Shown here: piece by piece, positions 20,392 through 29,054 of the stretch | Layout: the number at the start of each line of letters is the position of its first letter | Numbering within the stretch: position 1 is the stretch's first letter | DNA from: an uncultured Caulobacterales bacterium | GTDB lineage: Bacteria > Pseudomonadota > Alphaproteobacteria > Caulobacterales > Parvularculaceae | Direction of reading: 5' to 3' | DNA: 64,000 bases | Assembly: GCA_964392325.1 (NCBI GenBank) | Contig: CAYMPJ010000002.1 | Location: forward strand, 65,521 to 129,520 | Made by a program: the position numbers and the translations under genes | Notes under the pieces: model-generated | The model's database searches: none | What the model saw: only the letters and a program-made list of their open reading frames with translations | Told to the model about the DNA's origin: nothing

Positions 20392-22317
20392 TTATCCGTG
20401 ACTATTAGCCAGTGTTTTTACAGCCTTTTGATCTTGCTCGATTTCGACCGGCTTATCAAATTCACCATTCAGATATTTCTCACGAACCTTGGAGCGCGAC
20501 AATTTTCCTGAAGATGTCATGACCAAGGAATGGGGACGCACTAAAATAACCTTCGCCAAAGCCCCGACGCTGGCCTGAATGACTTTGACAATTTCGCGGT
20601 GAAGGGCATCGCTGGCTTGTTCATCAAGCCCGCCTCTGCGCTCAACGATGGTGACAACCTGCTCGCCAACGCCGCTATCAATAGAAAAGGCCGCAACCCC
20701 TCCCTGACGGACATTTTCAATTTCCTCAACAGCCCATTCAATATCTTGTGGCCAAATGTTGCGGCCATTAATAATGATCAAATCTTTAGCGCGACCAGTA
20801 ATGATTACATCACCATCAAGGGTATAGCCCATATCGCCAGTATCAAGCCATTCGCCGTGAAACATCGCAGCAGAAGCTTCCGGGTCCGAATAATAGCCCG
20901 GTGTAATACTTGGGCCAGAAATAAAAATGCGCCCGACAACACGGTCAGCCGTTACGCTTCCATCGCTATTGCGAACTTCCAGCGCATGGCCGGGAAGGGC
21001 CTGACCGCACTTAACAAATGCCCGCTTTTGATCTGGCGCGGTTATCGCAGATACAGGTTGCGCGATACCGGAACGATTATAATGGCCCATATCCACATAA
21101 TCGAGCTCAACGGGACACTCAATTTGCGAAAAGGCAATCGCCAAAGTCGCTTCGGCCATGCCATAGCTGGGGGTGAAGGCTTTCGGCTCAAAACCAACAT
21201 CAGAAAAGGTTTGCGAAAATGATTCCAGAGCTTCCGGGCGCACCATATCGCCGCCAATACCGGCAATGCGCAATTTGGACAAATCAAGATGTGAATGATC
21301 GGCCTTTATTCCCCGCTTGGCAGCCAACTCATAACCGAAAGAGGGACTATAGGTAATGGTCGTGCCATAGCGCGTAATCAGGTTTAGCCAAGCCAAGGGG
21401 CGGCGCACAAAATCGGAGGTTGCAATAAAATCAACCGAAAGCTGCGCAAACAGTGGGGTCAGAACAAAACCGATTAATCCCATATCATGGTACAATGGTA
21501 GCCAGCTGGTCGCCCGGTCTTCTGGTTGTAATTGCAACCCATCGCGGCCAATTGATTGAAGATTATTCGTGACAGAGTTTTGCGAGCCAATCACACCTTT
21601 AGGCGCACTGGTCGAACCCGACGAATATTGAATATAACAATTCTCTTCCGGACTGAATGGAACCAGTTCTGTGTCACTTTCGGGCAGTTCTTTTAAAGCT
21701 TCATAGCTTAGAAGATCAATTTGCTGAAAGTTCGAGGCGGCTTCTTCCAGAAATTCCATCAAGGATTGCGGGCCGATTGCAACCGTCGCATCCGCCCCTT
21801 GCATCATCTGGTAGACTTGGCGAATATAACCATCCTTACCGCCAAGATTGACGGGGACCGGCATTGGCGCAGGAAATATACCCGCATACTGACAAGCAAA
21901 AAAGGTCGTTAAAAACTCCGGGCTTGTCTCGGCGACAAGGCAAGCACGTGAACCACGGGGGTAGCGTGCGCTAAGCTTTTTACCAAGATTTATCGCGCGG
22001 TCTCGCAATACCGAATAAGGTAGGGTTTGTTTAAGCTCGGCTTTTACAGAGAAAAAATTGTAGCCGGTCTCGCCTTTGGCAGCATAATCCAACGCTTCTG
22101 TCAGCGTTGAAAACCCTGCAATTTGGCTTTTAAGCTTTGCATTGAGCCTCGGCGTTGGCGGGGCTGTGGCAGTATCCTCACTATCACACGCTTGTGCGCT
22201 CTGCGTCGCTGTTATATTGGAAAAATTTGTATTTATCCCGGAATTCTCACAGGTTCCAGACTTCTCGCGGGCATTTCGGGGCGTAGATTTCATCGTCTCA
22301 GTTATCAAAGTCATCAT
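20392..22317 (-). CDS. Fatty acyl-AMP ligase / acyl-ACP synthetase
   Basis: Adenylate-forming motifs YSSGSTSAPKG and WLDTGDMGY. There is an N-terminal extension of about 75 aa, so the exact start is uncertain. Confidence 0.85.
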   Translation of the reverse strand: MMTLITETMKSTPRNAREKSGTCENSGINTNFSNITATQSAQACDSEDTATAPPTPRLNAKLKSQIAGFSTLTEALDYAAKGETGYNFFSVKAELKQTLPYSVLRDRAINLGKKLSARYPRGSRACLVAETSPEFLTTFFACQYAGIFPAPMPVPVNLGGKDGYIRQVYQMMQGADATVAIGPQSLMEFLEEAASNFQQIDLLSYEALKELPESDTELVPFSPEENCYIQYSSGSTSAPKGVIGSQNSVTNNLQSIGRDGLQLQPEDRATSWLPLYHDMGLIGFVLTPLFAQLSVDFIATSDFVRRPLAWLNLITRYGTTITYSPSFGYELAAKRGIKADHSHLDLSKLRIAGIGGDMVRPEALESFSQTFSDVGFEPKAFTPSYGMAEATLAIAFSQIECPVELDYVDMGHYNRSGIAQPVSAITAPDQKRAFVKCGQALPGHALEVRNSDGSVTADRVVGRIFISGPSITPGYYSDPEASAAMFHGEWLDTGDMGYTLDGDVIITGRAKDLIIINGRNIWPQDIEWAVEEIENVRQGGVAAFSIDSGVGEQVVTIVERRGGLDEQASDALHREIVKVIQASVGALAKVILVRPHSLVMTSSGKLSRSKVREKYLNGEFDKPVEIEQDQKAVKTLANSHG

Positions 22318-22825
22318 TAACTCTCTATCAAACTCGCTACATGGATAGAAAGCCTGTCAGCAGACAACTCCCCGGCCCAGCTATATGCCGCAGAACATAA
22401 AAAAGGAATTCTCGGATTTTTCACCAGTACACTTTTCACTTAATTATGCCCTTCAACCAAAAAGCTACTTTTATAACGACACTAGCACCACACTAGCGAA
22501 TTTCGTGCCTTAATCCAAAACCCTCCAGATCAATGCACGCATTTAAGATATAAAATTCTAATACGCCACTTTATTACTCATAAGGCCCACATTCACAGGT
22601 ATATCATTGCGCGAGGCAATGACATTAGTTCACAGAATTTAGACCAGGCTTCCCTTGTACCCCTAACCCAGATGAGATGCTATATTTTTTTTGCCTGCTC
22701 GGGCCATCAAGTGTGACTATTTTTTATCGATCGGGAAACTTGCATCCCAGAGCCACACAAAATCATCTAACCTACTGTATTTATTATTATTTAGAGACTT
22801 AATGCGGTTATCGAAAATCATGTTT

Positions 22826-23183
22826 TCACCAAACAAATTTACTTTTTAGCGCCTGCGAAGCAGCGAAAATACCCATTCTTTCTGAAGTAAAATCATCCTG
22901 TGGCACAAATGTAACCCCAAAATTGTAACGACCAAATTGGGTTGAGCCCCTGCCCGCTTTTGAAAAATTACCCGAGGATAGCCTTACAAAAACCGGGATC
23001 GAACACACGCCCCCACGCAAATTGGCCCTGATCTGAATGGCTCTTGTTTGAGCGGCAATTCCTGCGAAGGCATTGGTCGCGGGAGATCGTCGCAGTGCGT
23101 CTTTTAACTATCCATCCCTGACGAGAATATGGTAGAGGGAGCGTAAGAACGCTAATCGAAAAATCTGGCTGGCTAGAATTCAA
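22826..23183 (-). pseudogene. Possible decayed outer-membrane beta-barrel gene (frameshift or stop)
   Basis: Two adjacent minus-strand frames show alternating beta-strand-like sequence (FSISVLTLPLPY...; TNAFAGIAAQTRAIQIRANL...YNFGVTFVPQ...LKSKFVW-stop). The terminal aromatic residue is typical of outer-membrane proteins. A TAG and a frame change interrupt the sequence. Confidence 0.3.
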
Positions 23184-23369
23184 TATTTCATCTTACGGAT
23201 GAAAAATTGGGCTTTCAGTTACCAATCACGAGAAGCTTTCTTGAAACCAGACAAGATAAATATTGTAATTCAGGCATAGCCTATCTTATTATCTGATCGG
23301 CTGTTTTTTGCGCTCGCAGATGGATTTGTTTCCTTTCTTTCGAACGCGCTCTTTTGGAGGCTTTTTCTC

Positions 23370-24137
23370 ATGCGTCTTTTTATTGGCTACAAGGCCTGGA
23401 AAGAAGAGGAATTTCTGCTCAATCGTATGAGTCTAAAAGATCTACGCAAAGCGTATATCACCTATCCTGGTATTCAGACTTATATTGTTCTCATTATTTT
23501 CAGCCTGATTGGCATTGCTCTCACGGCCACCTCGCCAGTTAGAATTATTGCGGCTATGGCTGCGAGTGTTTTTTTATATCCCGCAATTTGGTATTTCCTG
23601 CACCGCTTCGTCCTGCACAATCCACTAATGTATAAAAACCCGCTGACCGCCGCCGCGTGGAAGCGCACCCATTATGATCATCACCGTTTTCCCAACGATC
23701 TCTCGGTTTTATTTGGCGGGCTCCACACAACCTTGCCAACTGTCCTGATTTTCACAGGGCCAGTAGGTTGGGCAATTGGCGGCTTTTCTGGCGCTCTTGC
23801 CTCTATCGCTGCGGCGCTCATTGTGACCTGCATTTATGAATTTTGGCATTGCGGTCAACATCTCGCCTTTGAACCAAAATCAAAATTCTGGCAGCGGATA
23901 AAAAAACTCCATCTCGCACATCATTATCATAATGAAACTGGCAATTTCGGGATTACCAACTTTGTTGTCGACCAAATTCTCGGCACTCACTATGAAGAGG
24001 TTGACGATATTCCCCGCAGTCCGACAACGCGAAATCTTGGGTACACGGACGAAGTTGCAAAACAATATCCGTGGGTAAAAGAACTCACCGATGGGGAAGG
24101 CAAGTCACAAGGCGGCCTGCGCCCGGATACGGTTTAA
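23370..24137 (+). CDS. Fatty acid hydroxylase / sterol desaturase superfamily membrane enzyme
   Basis: Three histidine boxes (HRFVLH, HYDHH, HLAHHYH) and several TM helices. Confidence 0.8.
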   Translation: MRLFIGYKAWKEEEFLLNRMSLKDLRKAYITYPGIQTYIVLIIFSLIGIALTATSPVRIIAAMAASVFLYPAIWYFLHRFVLHNPLMYKNPLTAAAWKRTHYDHHRFPNDLSVLFGGLHTTLPTVLIFTGPVGWAIGGFSGALASIAAALIVTCIYEFWHCGQHLAFEPKSKFWQRIKKLHLAHHYHNETGNFGITNFVVDQILGTHYEEVDDIPRSPTTRNLGYTDEVAKQYPWVKELTDGEGKSQGGLRPDTV

Positions 24138-24163
24138 ATATCCTATCTTAAGATATTTAAACC
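24131..24163. repeat. Perfect 12-bp inverted repeat GGTTTAAATATC-N9-GATATTTAAACC
   Basis: Read directly. The left arm contains the hydroxylase stop codon. It lies about 110 nt upstream of the carotenoid oxygenase gene. Confidence 0.7.
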
Positions 24164-24273
24164 CTTGCACGAACTGTCACATCTTCTTGCTTCAATGGTA
24201 CAAGCCGCGCCATACTATGAAGATTATCTGATCGCTGTTACGCGACAGGAAACCCTTATTTCGTGATGGTTTT

Positions 24274-25797
24274 ATGTCCCCGCCCCTAAAACAAACCCCG
24301 CCCCTAAAACCAACTCCGCTAAAGGCGAGCCTATTACCCTCGCCTCATCCCTATCTAAACGGTGCCTGGACACCTCTCCACGAGGAGGTTGATACCAAAG
24401 ATCTGGAAGTCATTGGCAAAATCCCCCACGATTTGGCCGGACTTTATATACGCAACACCGAAAACCCTCTCCATGATGCCATCGGCGTTTATCATCCCTT
24501 TGATGGGGACGGGATGATCCACGCAATTTCTTTTCGCAATGGCAAGGCCCATTACCGCAACAAATTTGTACGCACCAAAGGACTAATCGAAGAACAAAGG
24601 GAACAACGCTCCCTTTGGGCCGGAATAGCAGGTAATCCCAAAAAATCAGAACGTCCCGGATGGGGCGCGCGCGGGGATATGAAAGATGCCTCCTCAACAG
24701 ATGTTGTCATCCATGGCGGCGAAATCATATCTACTTTTTACATGTGCGGAGAAGCTTATCGTCTTGATACTGACAGCCTGGAGACAATTGGCACTGGTGC
24801 ATATGTTCCGCCGGAGGGCATCTCCGCCCACCCGAAACTAGACCCGCAAACCAGCGAGATGTTATTTTTTAATTACGGCAAACAAGCCCCCTATATGCAT
24901 TACGGTGTTGTCGGGCCTGATCGTCAATTAAAACATTATATCCCCATAGAATTACCCGGGCCGCGATTGCCCCATGATATGGCATTCACAAAAAATTTCT
25001 CGATACTGATTGATTTGCCGCTTTTTTGGGATGCGGAAAAATTAAAGGACGGGTTTCATTCCGCCAAATGGCACCCCGATCTGCCAACCAGATTTGCGAT
25101 TGTACCCCGTCACGGCAGCCCGAATGATATCCGCTGGTTTGAAGGCGCGCCGACTTATGTATTGCACTGGATGAATGCATGGGAAGAAGGCAATGAGATT
25201 GTCCTTGATGGATATTTTCAAGATGACCCCGATCCCGACCCATTAGACATCCCCGGTATTGATCGCCGCTTTGGTAAGCTGCTCGCCAATATTGATCAGC
25301 ATTCCTTCAAATCCAGACTTCATCGTTGGCGCTTTAACCTTGAAACTGGCAAAACCAGTGAAGAGCGCCTTGACGAGCGAATTATGGAATTTGGCACTTT
25401 TAATCAATCCTATGCGGGGGAGAAATCACGCTATCTTTACTCGGCCACCTCAAAGCCTGGCTGGTTTTTATTTAATGGTCTGGTCAAACATGATATGGAA
25501 ACCGGTGACAGCGAAATTTTGACATTTGGTGAAGAACGTTATGCCAGCGAGACCCCTTTTGCACAACGGACAAACACTCTTGATAAAAATGGCCGTGTTG
25601 ATGAAGATGATGGTTACCTGATATCTTTTGTGACAGATATGAAAGAGAAGCGATCAGAATGTGTGATTATTGACGCCAAAGATATCAGTGCAGGACCAAT
25701 CGCAAGGATTATCCTGCCCCATCAAATTTCTAGTGGAACACATGCAAGTTGGGCATCATTTGAAGAAATTGATGCCGGGCTACAATTGAACAGTTAG
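24274..25797 (+). CDS. Carotenoid cleavage oxygenase family (RPE65/lignostilbene dioxygenase-like)
   Basis: HPFDGDGM, PHDMAFT, LHWMNAWEE and a C-terminal SGTHASW provide the four-His iron ligand pattern of the family. Confidence 0.9.
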   Translation: MSPPLKQTPPLKPTPLKASLLPSPHPYLNGAWTPLHEEVDTKDLEVIGKIPHDLAGLYIRNTENPLHDAIGVYHPFDGDGMIHAISFRNGKAHYRNKFVRTKGLIEEQREQRSLWAGIAGNPKKSERPGWGARGDMKDASSTDVVIHGGEIISTFYMCGEAYRLDTDSLETIGTGAYVPPEGISAHPKLDPQTSEMLFFNYGKQAPYMHYGVVGPDRQLKHYIPIELPGPRLPHDMAFTKNFSILIDLPLFWDAEKLKDGFHSAKWHPDLPTRFAIVPRHGSPNDIRWFEGAPTYVLHWMNAWEEGNEIVLDGYFQDDPDPDPLDIPGIDRRFGKLLANIDQHSFKSRLHRWRFNLETGKTSEERLDERIMEFGTFNQSYAGEKSRYLYSATSKPGWFLFNGLVKHDMETGDSEILTFGEERYASETPFAQRTNTLDKNGRVDEDDGYLISFVTDMKEKRSECVIIDAKDISAGPIARIILPHQISSGTHASWASFEEIDAGLQLNS

Positions 25798-25806
25798 GAC
25801 ATCATT

Positions 25807-27042
25807 ATGGACAATCCGGTTTATATTCTCGGCGGCGCGCAAAGCGATTTTTCTACCAACTGGACCAAATCAAACCGTAACCTGTTTGATCTTTTCTCCC
25901 ATACTATTCACACGGCACTCGAAGAGGCAAAAATTGACCCTGACGAGATTGAAGTGGGCCATGTGGGAAATTTCGTGGCGGAACTTTTTACTGGCCAAGG
26001 CATGTTGGGGGGATGGTTTGGCCATGTGGATGAACGCCTTGCTGGCATCCCGACCAGCCGCCATGAAGGGGCTTGCGCCTCCGGCTCTCTAGCTTTGCTG
26101 GCCGCCATGGCAGATATTCAAGCGGGCCATTATGATCTGGCCTGTGTTGCCGGGATCGAGTTAATGCGAAATGTACCCGGTGAAAAGGCTGCAAATTATC
26201 TGGGCGCCGCTGCATGGGTAGGTAAGGAAGCCCAAACCAGCAAATATGTATGGCCAGCAATGTTTTCCGATCTCGCGCAAGCTTATGACGATCGTTATGG
26301 GTTAAACCATGACCATTTATTTGAAATATCCAGAATAAATTACGATAACGCGTCTCGTAATCCCAACGCACAATCCCGAAAATGGCAGTTCACGGATAAA
26401 AGCTTTAGTCACGATGATGAGGCCAATCCGGTTATCGAAGGCTGGATGCGCCGCCATGATTGCGCGCAAGTAACTGACGGCGCGGCGGTTGTTTTTCTGG
26501 CATCGGAAACAAAAGCCAAAGCCTATGCCAAATCTCACAATATCCCTTTTGAGACCTTGCCCCGTATTGATGGCTGGGGACACACAACCGCGCCAATGCT
26601 TTTGGAGACCAAACTTAGCGGTAGTCAGGATAAAGACTATATATTGCCATGGACCCGAAAAGCCATAACCGATGCATTTACCCGCGCCGCCATTAACGGC
26701 CCTGATGAGCTTGATCTTGTAGAAACCCATGATTGTTTTTCCATAACCGAATATATGGCAATTGAGCATTTTGGCATTACCGCACCCGGTGAAGGCTGGA
26801 AGGCGGTAGAGGAAGGGCGTATCGCAATGGACGGCGATATTCCTTTTAACCCGTCTGGCGGATTGATCGGCCTTGGCCATCCGGTTGGGGCAACGGGTGT
26901 GCGCATGCTTTTGGATGTTGCCAAACAAGTGACCAACCATGCCGGTGACTATCAGGTAGAGGGCGCACGAACTGGCGCAACGTATAATGTTGGCGGATCT
27001 GGAACCACCAATTGCTCCTTCATTGTACGCTGCGAGCAATAA
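25807..27042 (+). CDS. Thiolase-like protein (SCP-x / lipid-transfer type)
   Basis: Active-site Cys in HEGACASGS, THDCF, GHPVGATG and NVGGSG motifs. Confidence 0.85.
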   Translation: MDNPVYILGGAQSDFSTNWTKSNRNLFDLFSHTIHTALEEAKIDPDEIEVGHVGNFVAELFTGQGMLGGWFGHVDERLAGIPTSRHEGACASGSLALLAAMADIQAGHYDLACVAGIELMRNVPGEKAANYLGAAAWVGKEAQTSKYVWPAMFSDLAQAYDDRYGLNHDHLFEISRINYDNASRNPNAQSRKWQFTDKSFSHDDEANPVIEGWMRRHDCAQVTDGAAVVFLASETKAKAYAKSHNIPFETLPRIDGWGHTTAPMLLETKLSGSQDKDYILPWTRKAITDAFTRAAINGPDELDLVETHDCFSITEYMAIEHFGITAPGEGWKAVEEGRIAMDGDIPFNPSGGLIGLGHPVGATGVRMLLDVAKQVTNHAGDYQVEGARTGATYNVGGSGTTNCSFIVRCEQ

Positions 27043-27064
27043 TGCACCTTAGGAATTTTCATCG

Positions 27065-27862
27065 ATGATATACATCCTGCTGACGAATTTTTGCTTTTCC
27101 CTTTTCGTATTTTTTCTCGTATGGGTGATAAGCGTCAAAATCAAAGATGCCAGTATCGTCGATATTTTGTGGGGCCCCTCATTGGCGATCCCCGCCTTGC
27201 TGACATGGTTTCGTTTTGACGTTACCGATCCGCGCGCGCTGCTTATCACCGCGCTGGTAACCATCTGGGCAACGCGGCTCGGTCTTTATCTTGCGATCCG
27301 CAATCTTGGCCATGGTGAAGATTTTCGATACCAGAAAATGCGTGCGAAAAGCGGCAGTGACAAAAAATTTGCCATTCAAAGCCTCTATGGCGTCTATTTA
27401 TTACAGTGTTGCGTTTCCTTCTTTGTCTCCTTGCCGGTGCAGGTGGGTCAGTTAGGAAACCATCATATACTTGGGTCTGATGGCTCTATTGGCACTCTGG
27501 CAAAAATCGGCACTATTTTATTTATTATCGGCATAAGCTTTGAGGCCATTGGCGATGCACAATTAAGGGCTTTCAAAAAAAATCCCGCCAATCAGGGAAA
27601 ATTGATGGATAAAGGCTTATGGGGCTGGACCCGGCACCCTAATTATTTTGGCGATAGTGTCGTGTGGTTTGGCCTTACCTTGATCGCCCTGGAGAGCACA
27701 TACGGATATCTGACCATTCTTAGCCCCATCCTTATGTTTATCTTTTTATATTTTCTCTCCGGCAAAGGACTACTTGAGCGCCTTATGGCGAGAAAATATC
27801 CTGATTATGATGACTATAAAAGCCGGGTTAGCGGTTTTTTTCCCCTGCCACCGAAAAAATAA
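27065..27862 (+). CDS. DUF1295 / steroid 5-alpha-reductase-like membrane protein
   Basis: Polytopic, with a WTRHPNYFGD motif. Confidence 0.8.
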   Translation: MIYILLTNFCFSLFVFFLVWVISVKIKDASIVDILWGPSLAIPALLTWFRFDVTDPRALLITALVTIWATRLGLYLAIRNLGHGEDFRYQKMRAKSGSDKKFAIQSLYGVYLLQCCVSFFVSLPVQVGQLGNHHILGSDGSIGTLAKIGTILFIIGISFEAIGDAQLRAFKKNPANQGKLMDKGLWGWTRHPNYFGDSVVWFGLTLIALESTYGYLTILSPILMFIFLYFLSGKGLLERLMARKYPDYDDYKSRVSGFFPLPPKK

Positions 27863-27914
27863 TAATCAGTGCACCACTGTATAAACTCTTTAGACATGCA
27901 ACCGGCCAGCTTTT

Positions 27915-29051
27915 ATGACAAATAGAAATAGCTCAACAGATAATTCCAAGCCATTGGCCGGTTTTCGTATCATTGAGTTGGCAGGCATTGGCCCCGCGCC
28001 CCATTGCGGGCAATTATTGGGTGATCTGGGAGCGCAGATAATTCTGGTAGAACGTCCGATGCCGCCCTATCCGTTTATTGAACGGCGCGGAAAAAAATCA
28101 ATTATTCTTGATTTGAGCAAAGACCAAGCGGTCAGTGCATTTCTAAAACTTGTAAAAACCGCAGACGCGGTCATTGATGTATATCGCCCCGGTGTTACCG
28201 CGCGCCTTGGCGTTGGACCAATCGAGTGTAAAAAAATCAACCCAAAGCTTGTTTATGGTCATATGACTGGCTGGGGACAAACTGGTCCGTGGGCGGATAT
28301 GGCTGGTCACGATATCAATTATCTCGCCATTACCGGTGCATTACATGCAATAGGCCCAGCAGACACTCCCCCCTCCCCTCCGCTTAATATGATCGGTGAT
28401 TTTGGCGGCGGCTCTGTTTATCTTGCTATGGGCATATTGGCGGCTTTATTAAAAGCTCAAAAAACCGGCCAAGGCGATATTATTGATGGCGCGATTATTG
28501 ATGGTGTCAGCTCGTTAATGGGTACCCTTTACTCTCTTCACGCGCTGGGACAGTGGAGCCCAGAGCGCGGTCAAAACCTGTTGGATGGCGGGGCGCCTTT
28601 TTATCGATGTTATGAAACTGCTGACGGCAAATTTATGGCGGTCGGATCTATTGAACCAAAGTTTTTTAAAGTTTTGTTGGAGCGCCTAAATATCAATGCC
28701 ACGCACTATGGCGACCAAAATGATCGCGCCCAATGGCCAGAACAACATAAAATTCTGGAAAGTATTTTTATCAAAAAATCACGCCAGGAATGGGCAAAAC
28801 TATTCGACAAGACGGATGCGTGCGTGACCCCGGTGCTTGATTATCTAGAGGCGATAGATCACCCGCACAATAACGCACGGGCAATGCATCGCAAAGAAGG
28901 GCCTTATATTCACCCCCCGATTGCGCCGCGCTTTTCCAGTATGGAAGAACAAGACATCCCGCCTTTAGCATCACATGGCGCTGATACACACGCGATTTTG
29001 CAAGAAATTGGACTTGATGATGGCGAAATAGATATTCTGATTACGAAGTAA
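27915..29051 (+). CDS. Family III CoA-transferase fold, alpha-methylacyl-CoA racemase-like
   Basis: FRIIELAGIGPAPHCGQLLGDLGAQIILVERP and GHDINYLAITGALHAIG closely recall the mycobacterial MCR motifs. Confidence 0.85.
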   Translation: MTNRNSSTDNSKPLAGFRIIELAGIGPAPHCGQLLGDLGAQIILVERPMPPYPFIERRGKKSIILDLSKDQAVSAFLKLVKTADAVIDVYRPGVTARLGVGPIECKKINPKLVYGHMTGWGQTGPWADMAGHDINYLAITGALHAIGPADTPPSPPLNMIGDFGGGSVYLAMGILAALLKAQKTGQGDIIDGAIIDGVSSLMGTLYSLHALGQWSPERGQNLLDGGAPFYRCYETADGKFMAVGSIEPKFFKVLLERLNINATHYGDQNDRAQWPEQHKILESIFIKKSRQEWAKLFDKTDACVTPVLDYLEAIDHPHNNARAMHRKEGPYIHPPIAPRFSSMEEQDIPPLASHGADTHAILQEIGLDDGEIDILITK

Positions 29052-29054
29052 TAT

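Noticed and set aside
22985-23015. A tRNA-like GTTCGATCC T-loop motif on the minus strand, considered as a possible tRNA or tRNA-fragment att site.
   Set aside because: The flanking bases cannot form a T-stem or an acceptor stem, and no cloverleaf could be drawn. It is most likely coincidental sequence inside the decayed ORF.
26317-27039. A 240-aa ORF on the minus strand, opposite the thiolase gene.
   Set aside because: It is a shadow ORF. The plus-strand frame carries the unmistakable thiolase motifs (ACASG, GHPVGATG). The antisense translation is low-complexity and matches no family.
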